Source: Setoptus koraiensis
Lineage: Eukaryota > Animalia > Arthropoda
Length of the DNA: 64,000 nucleotides
Direction: 5' to 3'
NCBI GenBank assembly: GCA_048013815.1
Contig: CM106585.1
Location: 12,462,001 to 12,526,000 of the forward strand
Made by a program: the position numbers and the translations under genes. This document shows, in pieces, positions 50,503-60,645 of this stretch (position 1 is the first letter of the stretch; each line of letters begins with the position of its first letter). Below the pieces are notes generated by a model. That model worked only from the letters and a program-made list of their open reading frames with translations. It made no database searches and was not told where the DNA came from.

Positions 50503-53022
50503 TCAATAATTGATTGCTGCATTTGTTGTGGCGCTCTGGCCCAAAAAGGGGCCCCTGGGCGATTTTTGGCCGCTGTCCAGCGCTGTTTGCGCTTGTCCGT
50601 GTTCGCTAATGATAAAATTCTCGTCGAAGTTACTTTGTCTTAAATTGCATAATCTTGCAGCAGCAGCGCCCTTCTTGATTGGATTACATTGATTAGTTTT
50701 GGACAATTTGCCATTGCGTCCATTGTGTGCAGACGACGATGCCTGCTGATAAACGTCCGCTGAGGGCGACTCATGATTGTGACCGTTAACGGTCCCATTC
50801 ACCAGCCGCCCGTTGGCCATCTCTTCCACATGATAACTGTTACTCTTAGAATTGTCACAATTGTCTCGGTGACTTGGCGAGCTCAGCGGACTCAGTTCAA
50901 TATCTGTGCGCGTTGCAGTATCGCTGGCACTGTCCAATGACGACATTGAACTGGCCGGTCTCAGGTGACTGCGACCGTTCATTTTTTTGCCGTTAGCTTG
51001 TTGTTGCTTGCAACGTTTGTTTGCATTCTTTTTTGCTTTACCCTCCATATTTGTATTGGCAGCATGCGGTGTTGCATCATTCGCAATCATTGTTTTGACG
51101 CTGTGACAATTGTTGGCTTGACCATTCAATGTGGGCAATTGTGTGGCGCGCAACGGCGATCTTATATGATTAGTGCGCTGTTGTTGTTGTTGTTGTTCGA
51201 GTTCTAGTTGTAGCTGTTGGCCATTGTGGCCCGTTGAGACACGTTTGTTGTCGCTGGACATGTAGCGAGAGTTGTTGCCGTTGCTGTTGTTGTCGTTGTT
51301 ATCGTCTTCATCGACGTCGATGTCGGTGTGGAAGGAACGCCGCAGATAGTGCGATTTATCTCTATTCTTGGACGAGCTAAATTCGAGATATTCGTAGGTG
51401 AACGCGCCAAACAGACCCGCAATGAACGGCGTCACCAGGTAAACAAACTGACGATTGTTGTATATGGACCAATGGCCGGCACAGGTCGGTTGTTGCAACG
51501 ATTCGAGCAGTTGCAACCATTCGAGCAGTTGAATGGATTAGAAGATGACAAAGATTAATTGTGTGATTGCAGCAGATACCGGCCGCCACTGATTGATATT
51601 GTCGATTTGATGAGACTCAAAAATCAAAAGTTACCCTCAAAGGTGAGAGTGGCTTACCCATTGATTGTTCCAGCGTTGTGCAAACAGAGCTAGCGACATG
51701 AGCTGAAATGGATGCGCATACAATCCGCCCGACAGGCTCTAATGGCGACAATGATCGGGTGACAGTTTTGACGCAATGCGATTAGATTTGATTTGATACG
51801 AGCCGAATAATGGAATTTGCGGACAAGAAGACGAAGAATAGGAAAACAAACAATGAGTTAACGTAGACACAAAAGCTGCTCGCCAGTGTGACAGTTGGCG
51901 CTTCTTCTAATTGCGTAGCACGACAACCGGCCAGACAATCGGCTCTCAAATAATGAGAGTGTCACATAATCATACCAGACTTACGGACTATAAACACTCG
52001 ATAAACACTGGCGCTGGCTGGCAGCAGCTGCCAATCATTTAATATAAATCTAATATCGCCAGCAGTGTTTCCATTATCAACTGTGGACGAGTGCACTTAC
52101 CGTGAACGCGTAGCCAACGAAATAGGCCAAGCCGATGGAGAGCGATTTAAAGCCCAGGTCTTGGCGGGCCGGCTCAACATTTGCCAAATATGTCAGCACT
52201 ATCAGCAGTGTTGCTATAAATTGAAAACCAAACAATTGGCTGCTGTTAAACAGATCAGCGTTTGTAGTATCTATGTCGGCAGTGTGAGGCGCTTTGTTGG
52301 CCTCTCTTCTGTCGTTGTTGTTCCAAATTTTACTAATGTTTTGATTCGGCGAATTGGGCATATTCAACGCACGGCCATTGTTGTTGCTGTTGCTGTCCGA
52401 CGACAAGCCGCTCGCATTTGATACACGGTGCACAACGGCGCTCATTTTCTTTCCGTCGTGATGCAACTTGAACGCTGTGACCGGTAGAGCATAATCAATC
52501 ATTGATATAATTACATCCCTTCTGCCAGACTCAAACAAACCACTAGCGCTAGTGGCGCCCAAGGCTAACGGTGTTGCCATTGTCGATGTCGATGTCGGTG
52601 GCATCTCAAACAAATTTGATGGTAATTGCGCGCCAGCCATTTGGCCCCTTTCCAGGTGAGCGTTGCGCCCCTCTCCTATATAGCGGCGCTTTCGGCGTCG
52701 GCGTCTCTCCCCGTCGGCCGACTCGTCGGTCAAACCGCTTGAGCTGGGGCCCACCTTTTCAGGCCTCTCGTATTGCGTTACATTCAGGCTGGCTGCTTGG
52801 TTGCGGCCCCTGCTATCACCGCTAACACTGCCGATACTATTAATATCACTACTATCATTAGTAACATGAGAATACTTGGCAACGTCGCGCAGCCTATCTG
52901 CTCTATCTGTTTTATCTATACCACTGACTCCAACCGCCAATTGTGCGGCCGAAGAAGTTGCCGTTCCCGCAAGAGCATAGGGGCGCATTATTTTCGCCGC
53001 GCCCCTATGCTTTGAGCCGACG

Positions 53023-53063
<41 letters not shown>

Positions 53064-54914
53064 AATGTTGTTGTTGCCGGCGTTGGTGCTCGGGCCGCTG
53101 GCCACCATCTCACCTGTGCCAACCTCGCTGCTTGTGTACGGACTCCAGGCTGACCACTGTCCATATTGAGTTGTTGCTGGCTGCTGTTGTTGCTGTTGTT
53201 GCATTAGATGGGGGCCAGAGGGGCCACTGGTAATCTTGTTAGCTTCGTCCTGTTGTTGGCGTCGCTTTTTCTTCCTATTGTGCAGTTCATCCAATATTGA
53301 TAGCAGAATTAATTCGCTACCATCACCTAATAATTTATTGCCAGTCGCCAGTTCATTGGCACTGGTGGTTGTAATTGGTGGCGCCACTGTTGTCGCAGAG
53401 CTCGTTGTTGTTGTTGTTGTTGTTGCTGCTGCTGTTGCTGTTGTCGTTGTTGCTGTCGGAATTGTTATTGTCGCTTGGACGGCCGGTTCGCGCTGTTGTT
53501 GTAGTTGTTGCTGTTTGTTTGTGTCGCGCACAATAAGCAACTCATTAGTGTATTCTGTCACTGGCAACGACTCGTTGGCTTCCTCAGATCGTTTAGCTCT
53601 CAGAAATCTTATCTGATGGCTAAAGTCATGATTAAATTTGTCTTGCATAGAGGCTTGCATACCAGCGACCGTCGTAACATTGTTAGCGCCGTCCCCTAGC
53701 AGCATTTGCATTTCTCTCAAGGGAAATTCAGGTGAGTCGCCGCTGCTTGCTGTAAGATAGCTAACTGGTATTGATAAGTCGCCTCTATTCACACTAACAC
53801 CTAAGCCTGTATATGGGGCTCCTAACTGCACTTGCTGTTGCTGCTGAGTAACGGGCATTTCTACTATGGATGCCGATAAACTCCACAATAGGGTCACCGC
53901 GATAATTGAGCCAAAGAATTGTGCAACGAGATAACAAGTGAAACGAGTTGAAGTAATATGCCGCCTAACTAACAATGCCAAGCTAATTGATGGGACTATA
54001 TGACAGCCGCTAATATTTCCAAATATTTGCGTCAGAGAGGCCACTGTAAACGCTTGAAACAAACCATTTAGTAAGGCCACTAGTAACAGCGACAATGACA
54101 ACTTGTCGCCGGTACCCTGATTATCTGTGTCGCTGTTAGATGGCCGATTGAGACCGTGATTGCCAGAATTGATAGTGTCACCAGAATCGAGGTGATGCAA
54201 CAATGGCGAACTTGCATAGTGGCTCTTGTTGTAATAGTTTGTAGTTATCAACAATTGCGTTGTTAATGTAACAAATAGCAATGATGTCAGAAATTCTGTA
54301 CGGACACATTTCCAGAATTGATACGATCTCAGTTCATCGCTGGCACTCACATCATTGGGCACAGATATGAGATATTTGTATAAGGAATTGAATTTGGTGT
54401 ACAAAAATAAATTCGACGATGTTCGCTGATGGTGCCGCTGCTGATTATGATAATTAGGCTGATTGATTTGCTGTCTATGATGATGGTGGTGGTCGGGTTG
54501 AGAACCGTATTGCGCACCATAGCTATCTGTTTGGCTATTTTTGGACATCGCTGGACACTCAATTAGCATGGATTCGGATACAGAAAGAATGTGAGGCTGT
54601 TGTTTTGGCTGGGGCGAATTATGACGATACTGGCGATAGTGTTGCTGCTTATCTGATGCCGCTGATGAGGATGCCGTTGCTGTTGTTGTTGTTGCATGGT
54701 TTAGTTGACGCCTCTCGTGCGATAAAGACGATGGTAACTTTGAATCATGAGAACTATTTCGCTGCGATATCGACGCCAAACCGGACTTTTTCGATATTGT
54801 TTTCTTCATTGGCGACTTGTCATACGTAACTTCAAGGGCCTCCACAGATAGTTGCGTAAGAGGCGACTCATCGGGAGAATTGTTTGCACTAGCACTAGTT
54901 TTATTGGGTGGCAT
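50503..54914 (-). CDS. bib: Big brain-like aquaporin (MIP family) with degenerate NPA boxes; join(54914..52101, 51738..51658, 51447..50503), ~1,279 aa
   Basis: ELRSYQFWKCVRTEFL (TM1), ASLTQIFGNISGCHI, IVLTYLANVEP, SIGLAY, RWNNQWFVYLVTP and TYEYL align with the Bib subfamily pattern as I recall it (EIRTLEFW, ATLTQCFLHISGAHI, SIGCAY, KWDSHWVYW, VYEYI). An 81-nt internal exon not in the ORF track supplies loop E. Both introns are phase 0, GT-AG. Confidence 0.8.
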
Positions 54915-55477
54915 CTTGCTGAAAATTATCACTACTATATTACCTATCCAGTGAAAACTTTGTCGACCTCTCTTTATGACACATAAACTAGACTACTGCA
55001 AACATCGGATTTACTCTTACTCTCGCCGCGTCTCAAATCACTGAATTGATCAAGTCGATGATCTCTCTCAAAGGTGGTCATTCTCTAAAATGCCCAACAG
55101 GCCATATAATCTATTATGTAATTGTGTTCACTACATCCAATCACATAGATCAGTATGTCAAAAGATGTCTGATGTCTGATCATTGGATGTTGCAAAGACT
55201 AACTAAACAAACCGAAATGAAAAAAGTTTCACTCTCCCACTTTCAATAGAGAGATTCGAACAAACAGTTGGTTCCTTCTTTATCTTATGGCCACCAGTAC
55301 GGACTATATGAAGAATAATACCCCGTAGATCTTATCGAAAGAAAGATAGAGACAGCACAAGCTTTGTGCGCAAGTCCAACAAAAGAATCTAGCCAAAACA
55401 CACGACATCTAGTGAACAAGGTAACAAACGTTATACATAGAAACGCTTCAAAGTTTTTATAGCTGCATAATGAAAAG

Positions 55478-57085
55478 CTACATAATATTTTGTTGCTGTA
55501 GTTGTTGTGGATGTTGCTGCTGTTGTGGCTGTTGTTGTTGTTGCTGCTGCGACTGAGGCTGTTGCTGTTGCTGCTGCGGCTGTTGTTGCTGCTGCTCCTG
55601 CTGTTGCTGTGAATTGTTGCTAGAATCCAAACTGCTGCTACTGTTAGCTGGCATCATTTGATTACTCATTTGTTGAATAGAGTTTGCAGTATTTTTAACA
55701 TGCAATCCGCTCTTGATTACGGCTGCTCTCAAAATTAGAGCCCGCGCTCTAGTTTGCCAATCTTTGCCCATTTTGATCGCATGCTCAAATGTCACAGTCC
55801 GTTGATCAACATCTTTGGCAAACAATATCTTATTATGCGAATCTATACGGGCTTGTATTTGACCCTCTAGTATGAGATGCATTACTTCCTGCTCTAGATC
55901 ATTGATATTAGTGTTGAAAGCTGTGGCCATTGTGAACATCGCAGCAGATGAATATGGTGAAAAGTATTGTATTAGTGCTCGATTCCTTATCATTGTGTAC
56001 AAACGGTCAATGTGAGGAGCTAAATATATATCTAACACTAAAACGTCTTTGATTTCGGCTAAAATAGATAGGCACGATGCGTAGTTGGAGTCATAAAATT
56101 TGCATACAGCATCGCGTAGTTGTGGATCTAGCTCGAAGAATAACTTGAAAGAGGAGGAATTGATGACACTTTTGTACAATTCGGAACGATCAAATGTGGC
56201 CAAAGCGCACAGGCTTCCATAAACTGCAATGTTATTTGGACACAATATATCCCAACATGTGCCCTTGTCAGGGCTATTACTGGTACCTTGATGGAAGTGT
56301 TCAAAGTTGGTATTTAAGAAATGTTTGGCCGCCTTTTTAAATTTTCTCGCTGTTAGCTCAAACAATCCTGCAGCACAATGTAATTTTGTTGATATTGTTG
56401 GATTGATGGAATTATCACCTTGAACTTGAGTCTCTGCTTTAGCGACGTAACTAGAGACATTGTTCCAGTTTTGTGTAAATATACTAATACGTATCATATT
56501 GAGACATTGGTTAACATTATTCTTAGGTGAGGTACAATAATCACGAGATCTAGAATAACATTTAAGAGCGTTTTGTAGATCGCCACAATCAAGATAATGA
56601 TCGCCAAGGTCATCATGGCCACGTCTGATAGATTCCTTGATAGAGTTGCTCTTATAATTTTTCAGATCATTGTCTAGCTTGTCTAACTTGGTGGCCACTT
56701 GTTTCATTTTGGTGTCTATCCATGCCTGGTCTGGTTGAGGTATGGCTACAACAGCCTGACCAGGCGTTTCATTATTTTCGGCGATGGCCTCCTGTAATCT
56801 CTTGAATAATCTATTGTAAGCTTGAACATTGAATGTGTTCTCTTTTATATAATTAATAGCCAACGTCAATGCGTCCACTCTCAGTTGCCTGCAATGATTG
56901 GCGATGAATTCTAGACGTGATATCTTGGCTAGGCCCTGATAATTTGCCGCGTAGCTCTCTAAATCAATATTGGCATTGTCAATAACGTAGACGTTTTGAT
57001 TTGGTTGTTCTTCGTTGTCCTCGTGATCGACATCGAGCTCCATGGGCTCATAATTGTTGGCCGCGACCTGTACCGGCAAAGGCAT
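55478..57085 (-). CDS. GPS1: COP9 signalosome subunit 1 (CSN1/GPS1), 535 aa, intronless CDS, Gln-rich tail
   Basis: NYKSNSIKESIRRGHDDLGDHYLDCGDLQNALKCYSRSRDYCT, YGSLCALATFDR and PCI-domain QIQARIDSHNKIL are characteristic of CSN1. Confidence 0.97.
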   Translation of the reverse strand: MPLPVQVAANNYEPMELDVDHEDNEEQPNQNVYVIDNANIDLESYAANYQGLAKISRLEFIANHCRQLRVDALTLAINYIKENTFNVQAYNRLFKRLQEAIAENNETPGQAVVAIPQPDQAWIDTKMKQVATKLDKLDNDLKNYKSNSIKESIRRGHDDLGDHYLDCGDLQNALKCYSRSRDYCTSPKNNVNQCLNMIRISIFTQNWNNVSSYVAKAETQVQGDNSINPTISTKLHCAAGLFELTARKFKKAAKHFLNTNFEHFHQGTSNSPDKGTCWDILCPNNIAVYGSLCALATFDRSELYKSVINSSSFKLFFELDPQLRDAVCKFYDSNYASCLSILAEIKDVLVLDIYLAPHIDRLYTMIRNRALIQYFSPYSSAAMFTMATAFNTNINDLEQEVMHLILEGQIQARIDSHNKILFAKDVDQRTVTFEHAIKMGKDWQTRARALILRAAVIKSGLHVKNTANSIQQMSNQMMPANSSSSLDSSNNSQQQQEQQQQQPQQQQQQPQSQQQQQQQPQQQQHPQQLQQQNIM

Positions 57086-57751
57086 CCTGAGCGAACAAAC
57101 AAATTAGCCTAATTTTTGCCTTGTATGTACTGAGTACTTTCAACAGTCACTAGATCTCTCTCTAAAATGAAAAGACTGATTGCTGTTGTTTAATCAAAAC
57201 ACTAATTGACGACAATGAAACCAAATAACAGATAGTTGATTTGTCCAAATATTGTTAGGGGTCACAGAATTGATGTTATCACACGTGTAAAAGGTAATAA
57301 ACGTTGCGGTGCTAGCATGTAGTAATGTAATGGCCCCTCTGCGTGCTCTCGAATCCCAACAATTGCCTGCCATTTCTGTTTCTCCTGCACAGTAAACACG
57401 TCTGTGCAAATTTTTATTTTGCAACTACAGCTGATACAGCATGACTGTGTGTTGTCAGCAGAGTCACATGAGCAATTTTCTGCTGCTGCTGTATTGTTTC
57501 TTCAAAAAGTGTGCCAAAAATCACAATGCTGCTGCAACTTCACCAGAAGCGCATATCGGCGGCCGAAAACAACCACAGCTACCCCCAACGATTTTTTATT
57601 TATTATTACCATGATTATGCAAATCTAGGATACACTCATCAACAATCATTCATCATATCCACACAAAATTATTCTGTTGCTGTTTAGGCCCACTAAGCAC
57701 AACAAATTGTTTGTACATGATACACCCCGTTGCTAGAACAAGCAAGCGGCC

Positions 57752-58144
57752 ATGGATGAAACCGAACAAGGTATTGAATTGCGCGAACACATTATGCAGT
57801 TGATTGAGGCACAAAAGCGCCAGATTCTGTCGCATTATTCCGAGTTTAAATTGAAAACACCAGCATCCATTAAGTCAGCCACCATTGCCCAACTTAGGAG
57901 TGCCGGCGCCAAAATTGATCCCCTCTACGTTTGTCTGCCAATCAGAGCCATCGAGGATATACATGCAAACACGGAGAGCACACGTAAAAGGGACGACATC
58001 GAAGACAGAATGATGCAAATAAAAGAGGAACATATTAAGAAAATCAAGAACTATTATGAGAGACTCAAAAATAGCATGCCGCTAGATGTACAAACGGTCC
58101 AACTCAAACATTTAAACGAGCGCTCTATTAAGTTATATACATAA
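57752..58144 (+). CDS. 130-aa protein with two internal 38-aa repeats resembling the Borealin/Nbl1 N-terminal helix
   Basis: Clean ATG-to-stop ORF, divergent from CSN1 and convergent with PTGES2. It has helical, protein-like composition and an ungapped internal duplication. Confidence 0.65.
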   Translation: MDETEQGIELREHIMQLIEAQKRQILSHYSEFKLKTPASIKSATIAQLRSAGAKIDPLYVCLPIRAIEDIHANTESTRKRDDIEDRMMQIKEEHIKKIKNYYERLKNSMPLDVQTVQLKHLNERSIKLYT

Positions 58145-58292
58145 TGTGATCGAGAACAACAAGTCAAAAACTTGTTCCAGCAGATTCTAAACCTCGAATG
58201 TGTAAAGCCAGAGAAATCATCATAGTTTCTGACTCTACATGAACACACGTACACATAAATATTCCCTCCAGTGAACGACTTGTTGGTGGGCG

Positions 58293-59678
58293 TCAATATG
58301 AATTAACGAGCTGTTTTCCATTGTTTGCCTGACATGCTTCTTTCATTGCAAAGTACCAGGGTTTTATGCTGGTATTTGATAACAAGTCATCGAAGGCGGT
58401 GCATCCCTCAATGGATCGCAGGACTCCGAACACGCTGAGATCTGCCAAATTCGGTCTTTCGCCTCCCATGAATTGTCGTTGTTTTCCGATAGCCTTGACC
58501 CATCTACGACAGTCGTCATAGAGAGACTCTCGCACATCATTTTTCAAATTGTACTTCTTTTTTAGACGTTTGCTAATCATAAACATGGCAGCTGATCCAA
58601 GGTAAATAGCGGTCATTCTCTCTAGGAAAGAAAAGTGTTCCTCCCAGTTGCCCATCACCGAAAAGTTGCGAAACGCTTGCATAGCTTCGGGTATAGTTCT
58701 ATATATATTTGGAGATAGAGAGTGGACCAGTACATTGTCGGCCCATTCGCGCCACTGACGTTCTTCGGCTAGGTCCGTTTCTCTTTTTTTGAATTCCTTG
58801 TCTCCAATATCACCCAGCATTAAGAAATACTTATTAGGAATCTCTTTTTTCATCTTGCCGTCATCATCCTCTACCTCGATGGGCTGGTACTGATTGATTA
58901 TATTCTCTAGGTCATCAATGGTCTTGGCATGTCCTTTCTCTGTCAAATTTCGCTTAGACAATAGGAAGCTACCCAGACTGCTTATGATAACGGATGAGTC
59001 ATTTATTTGAATAATCTTCTCTTCCTGATCCTTCTTTTGAGAGTTTGGTTTAGAGCTAGCCAACACAACTGGTACTTTTCGATATGTGGACCATTTGAGT
59101 TGTTGCCTCAGAACTGGATTCACTTCGACAATATCGTAATTAACTCCAAAATAGTCGAAAAATGTGCGTGTCTTGCAACAGAATGGACAGCTGCAGTATT
59201 GAAATAATGTGAGATTGAAGTCTAAATTTGTGGGCCCTGGCACAGTCTTGGTCACTGGAACTTGAGGCTTACGCACCAATCGTCTATCTTCATTCACCAG
59301 GTGAGTAGCAGTCGAGTATTGTACTGCGTTATATTTTTGATAGTTAACATAGCCATAATAACTGGCACTAGCAACAAAGGCTGCTCCACCAATCTGGGCA
59401 TATTTCGATAAGTTGCCTGCGACCATGGCTAGTGTGCACTGATTAGTATAACTGGGACTAGTTCGGGTTCTATGAGAAGTTGTATGGGGTCCGTTTAGGG
59501 AATAAGACGTGGAAATAGTCCTAATTAAATGCAGATTGGGCTTTGATCTATTGAGAGCGATTATTCTAGGATTGAGCGTGAAAATCTCAAAGAAACTATT
59601 TGCTGATAGTAATCGTATATAAGAACATTGGCTAATACTGTTTTTCACTGAACTGGAGGCTATTCTCTGGATAACCAT
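58293..59678 (-). CDS. PTGES2: Prostaglandin E synthase 2 (mPGES-2), 461 aa, intronless
   Basis: LTLFQYCSCPFCCKTR (glutaredoxin CPFC), VVEVNPV, YRKVP, QINDSSVIIS, WADNVLVHSLSPNIYRT and FMGGERPNLADLSVFGVL, preceded by a long basic transit-like N-terminus and a TM anchor. Confidence 0.96.
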   Translation of the reverse strand: MVIQRIASSSVKNSISQCSYIRLLSANSFFEIFTLNPRIIALNRSKPNLHLIRTISTSYSLNGPHTTSHRTRTSPSYTNQCTLAMVAGNLSKYAQIGGAAFVASASYYGYVNYQKYNAVQYSTATHLVNEDRRLVRKPQVPVTKTVPGPTNLDFNLTLFQYCSCPFCCKTRTFFDYFGVNYDIVEVNPVLRQQLKWSTYRKVPVVLASSKPNSQKKDQEEKIIQINDSSVIISSLGSFLLSKRNLTEKGHAKTIDDLENIINQYQPIEVEDDDGKMKKEIPNKYFLMLGDIGDKEFKKRETDLAEERQWREWADNVLVHSLSPNIYRTIPEAMQAFRNFSVMGNWEEHFSFLERMTAIYLGSAAMFMISKRLKKKYNLKNDVRESLYDDCRRWVKAIGKQRQFMGGERPNLADLSVFGVLRSIEGCTAFDDLLSNTSIKPWYFAMKEACQANNGKQLVNSY

Positions 59679-60645
59679 AGTCGCGCCAAAGTGAAATGAA
59701 CTTGATTATTGTAAATTTTAAAGATCTGATAAATAGTGACCACAGATATAGAATATAACTGTTCAATTGACTTGTTCTGTTGACCTTTCATCTCATCATA
59801 CCGCGACACTTTTATGATTGAATGAAAAATAAAAACAATCAGCAGCGAAATAAAGGCATGTGGGAACCGCATGTCTAGTGTCAATGACAAAAGTGCGGCC
59901 TATTCAAAAGAGTGTCGAATCGGATTCGGCGAATCGGTTTCGCTGAATCTCATGTATCCGCTTCACTAGTCCTAAAACCATTTTCACTCCGAGCACTACC
60001 GCTGAAACATCGATGGTCTCTGGCTTTCGAATCTGGTTCATCTAATTCGATTGCCGAAGAAACTCGACAAAATAATTGAAGTGGTAAAGCGAGGCGAAAA
60101 GGTTCCCCGCTCTCGCAACTGTTTTCCGGGCAGAAATTCTCCCGCCCTGATACTCGGGTCAGTGAGGGCGGCTCTCATTAGCTCCCAGTAACAATATTAT
60201 CCCGTTATTATTATTAAAACTCCCATCACCAGTCACTATACACGATTGAATTTCGGAACTAGAAAATCGTCAAGGTGGTTCAAATTTAGCGCCAGCAAGA
60301 CCGAGGTGGGTGTGCTTACAGGGTGTCTGTGAGTGACAGTCAGCTTTCGTTGTGTGAGAGTTTTTAAAAATGAATCAGCGTAAGATGAAGTTTCGATTAC
60401 GTTCCACGCAGCTTTCTATGTCGAGTTTCGAACAGGCCATCGTCTGAAAAAGAGAGACAGAGAGAGAGAGAGTGTGTGTTAGTGAATCAATTAGTCAACG
60501 TTTGAACTCAGTTACGTCTGAGAACTCGTCGGAAACCACCATCAGTCTACCATTTTTAGAGGTTGTCAATTATTATAACTGTATTAACAAATAACGACGT
60601 CCACCGGTCACACAAATCGAGTTGTAGTTGGACTACAATTTCATC

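Noticed and set aside
54919-54943. 25-nt gt...ag segment just before the Bib ATG
   Set aside because: The ttttcag is more likely the acceptor of a longer UTR intron; a 25-nt intron is unsupported.
59900-60645. ERSE/UPRE or HSE elements upstream of GRP94
   Set aside because: No CCAAT-N9-CCACG, TGACGTGG or properly spaced nGAAn triad was found.
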